DNA of 55,920 bases from Candidatus Woesearchaeota archaeon (GCA_038128845.1 JAYPKL010000003.1:1-55920), one strand, 5' to 3'; counted from the first letter of the stretch, positions 9,275 through 19,811 are shown. Made by a program: numbers and translations. The notes: generated from the sequence alone by a model not told the origin.

Positions 9275-9300
9275 TGAGGGTAACACCTCACTATCTTTTT
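9271..9300 (+). terminator. intrinsic terminator-like hairpin
   Basis: ATAGTGAGG-GTAACA-CCTCACTAT followed by CTTTTT, overlapping the stop codon. Confidence 0.7.
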
Positions 9301-9325
9301 AAATTTTTACTTTATATAAAAATAA

Positions 9326-10465
9326 ATGCGAAAAATTAAAGACAACGAACGTATTTATGAAAAACAAGTTTTGGATCAAGCTTTAGGTAATTCGGATATT
9401 AATCCATTAAGTTGGCCTGATTTTGAAGTTGATATACCTGAAGATTCGGGCAGACCGTGGTATAAAGATGAAATTATAAATCATCGAGAGAAGATTCACC
9501 CTCAACTTACTCATATTATTGAAAATCGTTTAATTGAAGGAAAAAATCCAGATTCATTTGAACAAGTCAGAGAAGATTATATTACTTGGTGGTATAATAA
9601 TCAAAATAGAAACAATCCTTTATCAATGTCAACTGATTTAAACGGATTAGTCAATTTTTATGATAAAAATCCAAACTTTTTAGGAGAAGAAAAGGAAAAA
9701 AAGCTATTGCGGCTAAAAAATTTATCTTCATTAGTTGTACCAAAAGATGCAGAGGATTTAGAGGATGTTATAAAAATAATTAGGAAAGAATCCGGAGTAC
9801 ATATGAAAGATATTTTTAATGACGATAGTATGGACGATCAATCTTATATTTATTCAAATCTTAATTTAAATACCAATTCAATGAAAGGTTTTTCTAAATC
9901 TAGACCCGATTTTGGAACTTATGGAGAAGATAATGTATTATTATTATTTTCAAATAATCATTTATTTACATATGTGGATGGTAAATTAAAAAGTGCTATT
10001 AAATCGAATGATAATTTAATTACAATGACAAATCCTTCTGAATATATTTCTGAAAAAACTTTTGGTGCTTTTGATACAAGATTAAGAAAAAAATTGGTTT
10101 CTCCTTACTTAAATTTAATGGAAAGATTGGTCGAAGATTCAGATAATCAATCAGATGATATACTTGATTCCGAATGGTATAATATTCATTCAATTTTAGA
10201 TAATATTACCTCAGGTAATGCTCCATTAAAAAGTATTAGAAATGGACATTTGAGAGAAAATGAATTTAAAGAATATTTTGCAAATACTGGCAATGAAAAA
10301 TTATTCAAAAGATTTATTGGATTATATGGTACTCAAGAAGAGGCCACCAAAGAATTATTGTATAGAGGCTGGAAAGAAGGATTGATTCCAGATCCGCTGT
10401 CCGCATTGGAAAGAGGACAAGAAATGGAATATAAAAAAGACAGAGAAGTTGATTTATACATTTAA
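9326..10465 (+). CDS. hypothetical protein
   Basis: 379-aa ORF, no recognised motif. Confidence 0.65.
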   Translation: MRKIKDNERIYEKQVLDQALGNSDINPLSWPDFEVDIPEDSGRPWYKDEIINHREKIHPQLTHIIENRLIEGKNPDSFEQVREDYITWWYNNQNRNNPLSMSTDLNGLVNFYDKNPNFLGEEKEKKLLRLKNLSSLVVPKDAEDLEDVIKIIRKESGVHMKDIFNDDSMDDQSYIYSNLNLNTNSMKGFSKSRPDFGTYGEDNVLLLFSNNHLFTYVDGKLKSAIKSNDNLITMTNPSEYISEKTFGAFDTRLRKKLVSPYLNLMERLVEDSDNQSDDILDSEWYNIHSILDNITSGNAPLKSIRNGHLRENEFKEYFANTGNEKLFKRFIGLYGTQEEATKELLYRGWKEGLIPDPLSALERGQEMEYKKDREVDLYI

Positions 10466-12711
10466 TTATTAATTAATTTAATTACTTTTTCTCCAGATTC
10501 TGCAAGTCTATTATCATGTGTAACTATTATTAGCTGATTTATTTGCGATTTAATATTATTGTTAATTATTGATATAAAATTATTTACAGCATTATTATCT
10601 AAGTTATGAGTAGGTTCATCTAATATTATTAATCCTACACTTGGAGATAATATTTTTGAGAAAGCTATTTTTGTACTTATACAGGATAACATTTTTTCAC
10701 CACCTGAAGCATATCCGACTATGTTTTTCCATTCTCCTTTATATTCTTTAAGTTGAACAAAATAATCATTATTGATTGGCATTATTCTTAGATTGGTAAA
10801 ATTATCATAAGGGTATAAATCAATCCATATATTTGAAAGCTCTTCATTAACTGCAAGTATTAAATCATCTCTAAGCAGTTCTTGAGACTCAAATAATTTA
10901 TTTTTAAGAATAATTAAAAAGTTAATTTTATTCATTATATTTTTTAATTTAAGATTTAGATCTTCATATGAGTTAAATTTTTCTTCAATTGTTTTCAATC
11001 TTTCAACGTGTATTTTAATATCATTATCAAATTGTTTTAATTTATACTCGGATTTAGCCATATCATTACTTATAGTTTCAAATTCTGATGATAAAATATC
11101 TAAAAGATTTGGGTTATAGTCTAACTTTAATAATTCTTTTTCTAATAATTTAATTTCTTGATTAATATTATTGAATTCAATTTTTTTATTTATGTTTTCT
11201 TTTTTTTGGTATAATTTTTTAAGATGTAATTCATTATGTTCTAATAATTTTTCAACATCAACAACATTTTTTTTATTATCAACTATATTTTTATCTATTT
11301 CAAAAATTTTATTTTTAATATTGGTAATTTCATTTTCTATTTTACTTAAATTAATTTTTACACTATTATAATTATCTAAATTATTTTTATATTGTTCTTC
11401 TATATCTATGTATTTTTTTAAATTTGAAGTTTTTCCCTCACTATTTTCGATTTTCTCAGTTAGTTCATTTTGTTTCATTAAAGTAATTGCTATTTCACTT
11501 TTTCTTCGCGATATTAATGATTTTTTATTTTCTTCATCTATTATGTTATCGCAAACAAAACATTTTGAGTCCATGTTATTTAATCTATCCAATGAATCTC
11601 TTAAAGATACTAATTTAATTTTTGAAGATTCAAAATTTCTTTTAATTTCAATTAATTCCGAATATAATTTTTGATAATTATTATTTATTTCATAGAAATT
11701 GATATCGGAATATTCTGAATAGTTTTTTTCAAAATAATTCATTTCTTTTTTATAGTTATCAATTAAATTATTCATATTTAAAAGATTTTTTTCATAATTT
11801 ATCTTTTCATTTGATAATTTTTCTAATAAAGAATGTATTTGTTTTGAATCTTGTTTTAACTTTATTATGTTATTGTCTAATTTTTTAATTTCAAATTCAA
11901 AATCTATTTCAGGAGTTTCTTCATCAATATTAATTGTCATAATTTTACTTTTTAGTTTATTTAATGACTCTGTCAAAGATTTATTTTTATATTTTTTATC
12001 TTGTATTAAATTTAATTTATCTTTTATTATAATATAATTATTTTTTAATTCAGGTATATTTTTTTCAAATTCTACTTTATTTTTATTTAATTCTTCAATT
12101 TTTTCCAATGTTATTTCTTTATGATTAAATAAATCTTTTTGATTAAATTCATCTAAAAATTTTTTATAAATTTCTTTTTGATTATTCAATTTATTTATCA
12201 AGGATACAGCATTTTTTCTAACAATTTCAAATTCTGTTAAATTCATTAGTTCATCAATTATTTTTTTTCTATTTGTTGGTGTAACTTTCAATATAGTATC
12301 AATATCATTTTGAGAAGAGTAAATTGCCTTTAGAAAAACATCTTCATTTATTTTCAGTTTTTCTTCAATATAGTTATTAACTTCAACGGTAGATGGACCT
12401 GCCAAATTTTCTTTATTATTTTTTATATTTGCTTCAGTTGTTTTTCCTTTTTTTATTGATCTTTCTATAATATATTCATCAAAATATAATTTAATATTAC
12501 ATTCATCTTTACCATTCATGATTAAATCATCTGTTTTAATTTCCCTGCTTTTTAGTTCATTAAAATTTCCAAATAAACAATAATTTATTGCTTGAAGTAT
12601 TGAAGATTTACCCGTACCCATTTCACCTACAATAACATTAACTCCCTTTGAAAAATCTAGTTCTAGAAATTCATGTTTCTTCCAATTCTCTAAAATTAAT
12701 TTTTTTATCAT
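10462..12711 (-). CDS. rad50: Rad50 SMC-like ATPase
   Basis: Walker A GEMGTGKSS, coiled coil with CFVC Zn hook, signature SGGE, Walker B LDEPT. Confidence 0.95.
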   Translation of the reverse strand: MIKKLILENWKKHEFLELDFSKGVNVIVGEMGTGKSSILQAINYCLFGNFNELKSREIKTDDLIMNGKDECNIKLYFDEYIIERSIKKGKTTEANIKNNKENLAGPSTVEVNNYIEEKLKINEDVFLKAIYSSQNDIDTILKVTPTNRKKIIDELMNLTEFEIVRKNAVSLINKLNNQKEIYKKFLDEFNQKDLFNHKEITLEKIEELNKNKVEFEKNIPELKNNYIIIKDKLNLIQDKKYKNKSLTESLNKLKSKIMTINIDEETPEIDFEFEIKKLDNNIIKLKQDSKQIHSLLEKLSNEKINYEKNLLNMNNLIDNYKKEMNYFEKNYSEYSDINFYEINNNYQKLYSELIEIKRNFESSKIKLVSLRDSLDRLNNMDSKCFVCDNIIDEENKKSLISRRKSEIAITLMKQNELTEKIENSEGKTSNLKKYIDIEEQYKNNLDNYNSVKINLSKIENEITNIKNKIFEIDKNIVDNKKNVVDVEKLLEHNELHLKKLYQKKENINKKIEFNNINQEIKLLEKELLKLDYNPNLLDILSSEFETISNDMAKSEYKLKQFDNDIKIHVERLKTIEEKFNSYEDLNLKLKNIMNKINFLIILKNKLFESQELLRDDLILAVNEELSNIWIDLYPYDNFTNLRIMPINNDYFVQLKEYKGEWKNIVGYASGGEKMLSCISTKIAFSKILSPSVGLIILDEPTHNLDNNAVNNFISIINNNIKSQINQLIIVTHDNRLAESGEKVIKLINN

Positions 12712-13928
12712 ATTATTTCAATAACTTCCTCTAACTTATTAGTTTTAAGCAAATGAAATATTTGCTCAATTTTTTGTATATCTTTTATATCCATTTTTTT
12801 ACTTAAAATTTCAAGTCCTAATTGATTAATATTTTTTTTATCGCTCTTTGCCTGCCTTATCAATTTTGTTTTTTCCGATAATTTTTTTGATATTATATTA
12901 CTTTTGTCTATGTTTAGAATAACTTTATCTTCAAAACGTTTATTTATTGTTTTAAAACTAATATCAGATGGAAGAAATCCTTCATGTAATTCTCCTTCTA
13001 ATTTTATTCTTATCATAGGAATCAAAGGATGGTTATGATATTCAATTATTTCCTTTATTGATTCATTTATTTTTACATTTATCTCAGAAGGTTTTAAACC
13101 CATAATATTAATTTTTATATATTTTAATTTTCTTGGTTTTTTAAGTGGTAAAAAATTTATTTTTATTTCATCTGAACATTCAACTATAAATATGCCTTTG
13201 TTTGTAATACTTTCCTGTCTTGTCATTTGTGTTGCAACAGTTGATCCAGTAAAAATAATCGGATTATTTGATTTCTTATGTTTAAATTCTTTCATCCAGT
13301 GTATATGTCCCAAAAATGATGCATCTATATAACTAGGTATATCATCAATGCTCAATATCTCTTCTGTTTGATTTGGTAACATTTCTCTAAAATTTTGATG
13401 CATTAGTAAAATATTTTTTAAATTTGGTATTTTTTGAAAATTTCTTTTTTTGAAAATTTCTTTGGCATTTTGGTGAGGAACATTAGAAAAACCGTGTATT
13501 GCTAGTCTCTTATTATTAACTTCTATAATCTCAGTTTCACTTTGAATATAATGTATTAAATTTGCATCATATAATAATTGGACGGGATTTACAAACTCTT
13601 TTGGTCTACGATCATGGTCTCCAAGTATTACGAGTATAGGTGGTATTTTTTTATTTTTTAAATTTGATTTATTTTCTATATCGATAGTTTCAGTTAGTTT
13701 TATTTTTTCAATTTTTTTATTATATTCTGATAATTTTTTGAGAACAGGAGAAATTACTTCCGGTTTTGGCAGTCTTTCATCAAAAAAATCCCCGACTTGA
13801 ATAATAAAATCTACTTTTTCAGATATAGCCAGATCAAATGCTTCAAATCCATTTTCGAATGATTCATTTTTTCTTTTTCCTGAAAAATTATATCCAAAAT
13901 GCGTATCTCCGATAACGGCAAATTTCAT
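12708..13928 (-). CDS. mre11: Mre11 nuclease
   Basis: DTHFG, GDFFD, GDHD, MHQ and GHIH phosphoesterase motifs; 4-nt overlap with rad50. Confidence 0.92.
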   Translation of the reverse strand: MKFAVIGDTHFGYNFSGKRKNESFENGFEAFDLAISEKVDFIIQVGDFFDERLPKPEVISPVLKKLSEYNKKIEKIKLTETIDIENKSNLKNKKIPPILVILGDHDRRPKEFVNPVQLLYDANLIHYIQSETEIIEVNNKRLAIHGFSNVPHQNAKEIFKKRNFQKIPNLKNILLMHQNFREMLPNQTEEILSIDDIPSYIDASFLGHIHWMKEFKHKKSNNPIIFTGSTVATQMTRQESITNKGIFIVECSDEIKINFLPLKKPRKLKYIKINIMGLKPSEINVKINESIKEIIEYHNHPLIPMIRIKLEGELHEGFLPSDISFKTINKRFEDKVILNIDKSNIISKKLSEKTKLIRQAKSDKKNINQLGLEILSKKMDIKDIQKIEQIFHLLKTNKLEEVIEII

Positions 13929-13977
13929 AATATTATTTAAACGAATCCTTTATTAAATTCTGTATAAAATACTATAT

Positions 13978-15405
13978 ATGGCTTTAAAAAATAAAAAATC
14001 TAATTTTTCAGAATGGTATGTAGAATCTTTACTTTCAGGAGATTTCATAGATTATTCAAAAGTCTCCGGAGCTTATATCTATAAACCAAATTCATACTCA
14101 ATATGGGAGTCTATACAGACATTTTTAGATAAAAAATTTAAGTCAGACGGAGTAAAAAATGCATATTTTCCATTATTAATACCTGAAAACTTACTTAATA
14201 AAGAATCAAAGCATGTTGAAGGTTTTTCTCCAGAAGTAGCATGGGTCACTCATACCGGAAAATCAAAATTATCTGAACGTCTAGCAATACGTCCAACTTC
14301 AGAAACAATTATGTATGATTCGTATTCCAAATGGATTAGATCTTGGAAAGATTTACCGCTTAGATTAAATCAATGGGCAAATGTAGTTCGTTGGGAATTT
14401 AAGCATCCCACTCCATTTTTAAGAAGTAGAGAATTTTTATGGCAAGAAGGACATTCTGTTTTTGAATCAAGATCTGAGGCAGAAAAAGAAGCTTTTGATA
14501 TTCATTCAATGTATAAAGATGTTTATGAAAAATTACTTGCAATACCTGTATTATCCGGTATTAAATCTGAAAAAGAGAAATTTGCGGGAGCTGAAAAATC
14601 GTTAAGTCTTGAAACAATTATGCCAGATGGTAAAGCAATACAAGCATCAACCTCTCACGAGTTAGGTCAAATATTTTCTAAAGCATTTAATATTAAGTTT
14701 TTAGATAAAAATGAAAAAAAGTCCATACCTTATCAAAACTCATGGGGTATTTCTACTCGAAGTATAGGAATTATGCTTGCAGTCCACGGAGATGATAAAG
14801 GATTTATAATTCCGCCTAAAGTTGCTCAAAATAAAATAGTAATTGTTCCAATATTATTTAAAGGTAAAGAGGCCCCCGTCTTAAAAAAATCCAATGAATT
14901 GACAAAATTATTGAAAAAATATGGAACCATATTGGACGATAGAAATGATGTTTCTGCAGGATATAAATTTAATCATTGGGAAGTCAGAGGAATTCCTTTA
15001 CGTATAGAAATTGGACCAAGAGATTTAGAAAATAAATCTGTAACTATTGTTAGAAGAGATACTGGAAATAAAGAATCAGTAAAAATTAGTAAACTAGAAT
15101 CAAGAATCTCTGAATTATTAAAAATTATTCAAAAAGAAATGTATGAACGAGCTAAATTTAATCTTGATAATTCTATTATTCACGTTGATTCAATTAAGGA
15201 ATTAAAAACAGTCGTAAATTCAGGTAAAATAGCAAGAGCATTTTGGTGCGGTTCAATAAAATCTGAAGAAGAAATAAAAAAATTAACGGGAGCTAAAAGC
15301 TTGACTTGTAATAATATATATGAAAATCCTAAATTCAAAGATAAATCTTGTTTTTTAACAGGAGATAAACCTAAATTTTATGCATATTTTGGAAAAAGCC
15401 ATTAG
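13978..15405 (+). CDS. proS: prolyl-tRNA synthetase, archaeal/eukaryotic type
   Basis: RPTSET, NQWANVVRWE, FLRSREFLWQEGH motifs. Confidence 0.97.
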   Translation: MALKNKKSNFSEWYVESLLSGDFIDYSKVSGAYIYKPNSYSIWESIQTFLDKKFKSDGVKNAYFPLLIPENLLNKESKHVEGFSPEVAWVTHTGKSKLSERLAIRPTSETIMYDSYSKWIRSWKDLPLRLNQWANVVRWEFKHPTPFLRSREFLWQEGHSVFESRSEAEKEAFDIHSMYKDVYEKLLAIPVLSGIKSEKEKFAGAEKSLSLETIMPDGKAIQASTSHELGQIFSKAFNIKFLDKNEKKSIPYQNSWGISTRSIGIMLAVHGDDKGFIIPPKVAQNKIVIVPILFKGKEAPVLKKSNELTKLLKKYGTILDDRNDVSAGYKFNHWEVRGIPLRIEIGPRDLENKSVTIVRRDTGNKESVKISKLESRISELLKIIQKEMYERAKFNLDNSIIHVDSIKELKTVVNSGKIARAFWCGSIKSEEEIKKLTGAKSLTCNNIYENPKFKDKSCFLTGDKPKFYAYFGKSH

Positions 15406-15456
15406 TATTAGAAAGATTTAAAAAGTAAAAATAATAGCATTAATATTCTGATTAAT

Positions 15457-16086
15457 ATGGAAGAAAAAATTAAACCAAAGAAAGGTACAACAACCGTTGG
15501 AGTAACATATAAAGACGGAGTAGTTTTAGCAACAGATCAAAGAGTTACTTTAGGAAATATGATAATGTCAAGAGTTGACAAAGTTTTTCCAGTAACAAAT
15601 AATTTAGCAATTACTACTGCAGGTACAGTTTCAGACAATCAAATGTTATTAAAATATATGCAAGCTGAAATGAAATTATTTGAACTAGAAACAAAAAAGA
15701 ATGCTACCTTAGAAACTCTATCCACAGTTTTACAAAATACTGTATATTCCGGATACAAAAGATGGGCACCATACATGATACAAGCAATTATTGCTGGTTT
15801 ATCCAGAGATAATTCATTCAAATTAATTTCTTTTGATCCTTCGGGAGCATCTATATATGATCCATATACTGCTACAGGATCAGGTATGATGTTTGCATTA
15901 GGAGTATTACAAGATAATTATAAAGAAAATATGTCAGAATCCGAAGCAGTTGATTTAGCAACTAGAGCAGTTTACTCTGCAATAAGAAGAGATTCAGCTA
16001 GCGGAGAAGGTATTGTTATATCTATAATTGATAAAAAAGGATATAGAAAACTTGAAACTAAAACCGTTTCTTCACAATTAAAATAA
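15457..16086 (+). CDS. psmB: proteasome beta subunit
   Basis: 10-aa propeptide ending G-TTT (catalytic Thr), ATGSG and RRDSASG motifs. Confidence 0.97.
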   Translation: MEEKIKPKKGTTTVGVTYKDGVVLATDQRVTLGNMIMSRVDKVFPVTNNLAITTAGTVSDNQMLLKYMQAEMKLFELETKKNATLETLSTVLQNTVYSGYKRWAPYMIQAIIAGLSRDNSFKLISFDPSGASIYDPYTATGSGMMFALGVLQDNYKENMSESEAVDLATRAVYSAIRRDSASGEGIVISIIDKKGYRKLETKTVSSQLK

Positions 16087-16096
16087 ATATTTTACA

Positions 16097-17977
16097 ATGA
16101 CACCAATATTAGAACAAGTAATAAACGAGATTCCGAAGAATAAACTCATTACTAGTCAAAACTATGAAGGAGCTAATTTAGTATTATATACTAAAAGCAG
16201 AGATTTTTTCAAAGAAGGTAAATCCGATATAAGAAAATTAGTTGATAAGTTTAAGAAAAGAATAGATTTAAGGGCAGATCAAAATTTACTTGTTGATGAA
16301 AAATCTGCAAAAGAATTTGTCCAAAAATTAGTACCAAAAAGTGCAGATATTACTCAAATTATGTTTGAACCTGCCAGAAGTTTAATGATTATTGATGCAA
16401 GAAATCCTAATGATGTTATTGGTCCAAAAGGATCAATTGCTAAAGAAATAAAAAGAAAAACATTTTGGACACCTCAAATAAGAAGAGATTCAATAGTAAC
16501 TTCAAAAATTACAAATCTTATTAGATCAACATTACATGAAGATTCTAAAGAAAGAAGAAAATTCCTTAATGATGTTGGAAAAAGAATTTACGAATTTAAT
16601 AGATCTAGAAAAAATTCAGAAATGTGGGTAAGAATAAGTTGTTTAGGCGCGACTCAACAAGTAGGTAGATCTGCATTTTTATTACAAACTCCTGAAAGTA
16701 ATATTTTGATAGATTGTGGTATTAATCCGGCAAGCACAAATGAAGACGCTTATCCTAGAATTAATTTACCTGAATTTAGCATTCCCGATTTAGATGCAGT
16801 AGTAATCTCTCATGCACATATAGATCATTGTGGATTCTTACCTTATTTATTTAAATACGGTTACAAAGGACCAGTTTATTGTACTGCTCCAACAAGAGAT
16901 ATTATGGCAATGAGTCAATTAGATATGACATTTATTGCTCTTGCCCAAGGTCAAAAAAATATTTTTGATTCAACCGATGTAAAACAAGTTGTAAAAAATA
17001 CAATATCACTTAAATACGGAGAAGTAACTGACATAACTCCGGATGTAAGATTGACATTACATAACGCAGGACATATTTTAGGTAGCGCTATGTGCCATTT
17101 TAATATTGGAGATGGTTTTCATAATTTTTTATATTCAGGAGATTATAAAGTTGTAGATACCAGAATATTAGATGGAGCAAGTCATGTTTTTCCTAGAGTA
17201 GAAACATTTATGACAGAATCAACTTATGGTAATCCTGAAAGAACTTCTCCGGAACGTGCAAAATCTGAAGCAGATTTTCAAAAATTTGCTAAAAAAATAA
17301 TTGACCAAAAAGGTAAATTGTTAATACCTGTTTTAGGAGTAGGTAGAGCTCAAGAAATTATGATACTTATTGAAGAATTATTTAGAAAAAATAAAATAAA
17401 AGATATACCTGTTTACGTTGATGGTATGGTTTATGATATTACGGCTATACATACTGCGTATCCTGAATTTTTAAGCGAATCATTAAGAGAACAAATCTAC
17501 GCAGGTAAAAGTCCATTTGAAGCAGAATTTTTCAAACAAGTAGGTTCATTTAAAGAAAGAGAAAAGTTAATGCAAGAAGGACCATGTATAATTATCGCAA
17601 CATCTGGTATGTTAGTAGGGGGACCTTCAGTACAATATCTTTCAAAATTACATGATGATCCAAAAAACGGTATTGCTTTTGTTGTTTATCAGTTCCATAA
17701 TAGTCCCGGAGATAAATTACAAAAAGGTGAAAGAAATATTGTTCTAGAGAATGAACAATTAAATGTTAAAATGGAAGTAGAATCATTTTCTTTATCAGGT
17801 CATGCAGTCTTTAATGAATTAATGGACTATATGACAAAATTAAAACCAAGACCTAGAAAAGTTTTAACAGTTCATGGTGAAAAATCTATGACAATAAATT
17901 TAGCAAGAGAGATACATAAAAAATTTAGAATAGAAACTTTAAGTCCAAAGCCAGTAGATGTAATAAGATTAAGGTAA
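16097..17977 (+). CDS. aCPSF1 KH/metallo-beta-lactamase/beta-CASP ribonuclease
   Basis: N-terminal KH region, SHAHIDH, AGHILGS, SGH motifs; conserved position after psmB. Confidence 0.95.
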   Translation: MTPILEQVINEIPKNKLITSQNYEGANLVLYTKSRDFFKEGKSDIRKLVDKFKKRIDLRADQNLLVDEKSAKEFVQKLVPKSADITQIMFEPARSLMIIDARNPNDVIGPKGSIAKEIKRKTFWTPQIRRDSIVTSKITNLIRSTLHEDSKERRKFLNDVGKRIYEFNRSRKNSEMWVRISCLGATQQVGRSAFLLQTPESNILIDCGINPASTNEDAYPRINLPEFSIPDLDAVVISHAHIDHCGFLPYLFKYGYKGPVYCTAPTRDIMAMSQLDMTFIALAQGQKNIFDSTDVKQVVKNTISLKYGEVTDITPDVRLTLHNAGHILGSAMCHFNIGDGFHNFLYSGDYKVVDTRILDGASHVFPRVETFMTESTYGNPERTSPERAKSEADFQKFAKKIIDQKGKLLIPVLGVGRAQEIMILIEELFRKNKIKDIPVYVDGMVYDITAIHTAYPEFLSESLREQIYAGKSPFEAEFFKQVGSFKEREKLMQEGPCIIIATSGMLVGGPSVQYLSKLHDDPKNGIAFVVYQFHNSPGDKLQKGERNIVLENEQLNVKMEVESFSLSGHAVFNELMDYMTKLKPRPRKVLTVHGEKSMTINLAREIHKKFRIETLSPKPVDVIRLR

Positions 17978-18093
17978 TTATAATTTCAAAATATATTCCC
18001 AATCAAAATGACTATAGGTCTGTTTAAGTTTTTTTAATTGCTTTTCATTATCTTTATCCATAAAAATTTAGAAATCAGTTATTGTTTATATAA

Positions 18094-18669
18094 TTATTGT
18101 AAGTTAGCTTTCCAAATTATAACATCATTTATTGGATAAATTGGTTTTAAATCTTTTTTAAGACCAAAACTTAATTTTTTAATAAAATCGGAAGTAAATA
18201 CTTCGTTATATGTTGATTTTGATAATTTTTTATTAATTAAAGATTCTGAAAATAATCTTAATTCATTTTGTTTTGCTCTAGTAATATTTTCATTTACTAA
18301 AATAACTGTCTTTAATTTAATTGAATTATCATTTTTATCTTTTGTATTAAATACATTCAAAATTCTTGTACTTTTTCTTCTTGAAAATCTAGAAACTTGA
18401 TTATCTGAGGTTTCAATTCCGATGTTATCAGTATATGCAGTATCTCCTTTAACTTGATTTATTTTCAATTTAATTGATACATTTGAATCTCTTGCTGAAT
18501 TAGTTAATGCTTTTAATATAATTGTAATATGTCTGTTTAATAATGATTCTGGATCATATGCCGTAATTCTTGTTATTTCAGTTTCATTATATGCTTTAGG
18601 TCCTAGAACTGGAAACCATCTTTTCTTTCCTTTTCTTAATTTTAATTTTGAATTTTGTTTTTTAGCCAT
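18094..18669 (-). CDS. rps3ae: 30S ribosomal protein S3Ae (eS1)
   Basis: KKRWFPVLGP and KPIYP motifs; follows rps15 as in archaeal operons. Confidence 0.88.
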   Translation of the reverse strand: MAKKQNSKLKLRKGKKRWFPVLGPKAYNETEITRITAYDPESLLNRHITIILKALTNSARDSNVSIKLKINQVKGDTAYTDNIGIETSDNQVSRFSRRKSTRILNVFNTKDKNDNSIKLKTVILVNENITRAKQNELRLFSESLINKKLSKSTYNEVFTSDFIKKLSFGLKKDLKPIYPINDVIIWKANLQ

Positions 18670-18670
18670 A

Positions 18671-19123
18671 TTAATCTATTAATAGTTCTGCAGCCTCCCT
18701 CTTATATTTCCATGTAGCAGGAATTCTGCCATTTGATTGATAATATTTTTGTAATCTTCTTATTTTTGACTCAGTTAAGTTTAGTCCTCTCATACTTGTT
18801 TTATCTTTTTTATTTTTTGACATGTGTTTTGTTATGTTAATTGCTCTTATAACTAAATTTCTTAAATCTTCAGGTAATTTTGAAGTTGATCCACTTTCTT
18901 TCATTAATTCTGTTATTGAACTTCCAGTTATTTTTTTAACACTTGGAACTCCATGTAAATCTCTTAATCTTAACCCAATTAATGCAGAACTTAATCCTTC
19001 TTCAGTCATTGATTTAATTAATTTAAGAACATCAGCTTTAGATGGTAAACCTGTAAGTTTTGTATCTACCAAAGGTTTATTGCTTCCTGATTTTCCTCTT
19101 ACTCTTGCATGTATTCTTGCCAT
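18671..19123 (-). CDS. rps15: 30S ribosomal protein S15 (archaeal uS15/S13e)
   Basis: MARIHARVRGKSGS, LRDLHGVP, ESKIRRL motifs; start corrected to ATG 19123. Confidence 0.96.
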   Translation of the reverse strand: MARIHARVRGKSGSNKPLVDTKLTGLPSKADVLKLIKSMTEEGLSSALIGLRLRDLHGVPSVKKITGSSITELMKESGSTSKLPEDLRNLVIRAINITKHMSKNKKDKTSMRGLNLTESKIRRLQKYYQSNGRIPATWKYKREAAELLID

Positions 19124-19134
19124 CTTATAGCTTA

Positions 19135-19187
19135 ACAAAGTATGATTAGAACGAATTCTGATCAAAGCTCGTAAGAACTAACTTTGT
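19135..19187 (-). promoter_or_regulatory. candidate uS15 r-leader, three-way junction RNA
   Basis: P1 ACAAAGT/ACTTTGT; P2 GTTC-TTAC-GAGC; P3 TGAT.AGAA-TTCG-TTCT.ATCA; starts 29 nt after TTTAAACA at 19216. Confidence 0.6.
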
Positions 19188-19228
19188 CTAATTTCAACTC
19201 AATATTTATGTTTAAAAATGTTTTTATT

Positions 19229-19807
19229 TTAGCTAACTCGATTATATCTTACTCTGCTTTCTATTTTTTTTAATCTATCTAGAACTTCTTTATCAGAATA
19301 TTCTTTTGAAAATATTTTCCATAATTTTCTATAGTTTTTTGAATGTCTGCTGTTCAAACATTCTTTGAACAAATGAATATCTGTTGCTTTATCTTCAATT
19401 CTATCAGTAAATTTACTTAATCCAAAATCAATAAGATAAATATTGTTTTCTTTCACCAATACATTTGATGTTGTTAAATCTCCATGTACTATTCCGTGCT
19501 TATGAAGTAATATTATTTGGTTTGCTAATTTTTTAACAAGGTCAGGTTTTTCTTCTATAATTTCTGAAAGTTTATTTCCATCAATAAATTCCATATAAAT
19601 TTTATTATCCTCTGTTTTGAGAATTTTTGGTACATTAATACCTTCATTATAAGATTTTTTGTATATTTTTTCTTCAGATTTTATTCTTTGTTTTATTATT
19701 TTTTCATCAATTAATTTGTGCCGATATTTTTTATTGATTCTTTCTTTAATTATAATATTATTATCTAGATATATTTTTGCTTCTGCTCCTTCTGAAATTA
19801 GTTTCAT
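19229..19807 (-). CDS. bud32: KEOPS kinase Bud32
   Basis: GAEA loop, HGDLTTSN, IDFGL motifs; start MKLISEG at 19807. Confidence 0.95.
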   Translation of the reverse strand: MKLISEGAEAKIYLDNNIIIKERINKKYRHKLIDEKIIKQRIKSEEKIYKKSYNEGINVPKILKTEDNKIYMEFIDGNKLSEIIEEKPDLVKKLANQIILLHKHGIVHGDLTTSNVLVKENNIYLIDFGLSKFTDRIEDKATDIHLFKECLNSRHSKNYRKLWKIFSKEYSDKEVLDRLKKIESRVRYNRVS

Positions 19808-19811
19808 TTTT

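Noticed and set aside
17978-18061. 27-aa minus-strand micro-ORF MDKDNEKQLKKLKQTYSHFDWEYILKL
   Set aside because: No motif or independent support; possible but not supportable.
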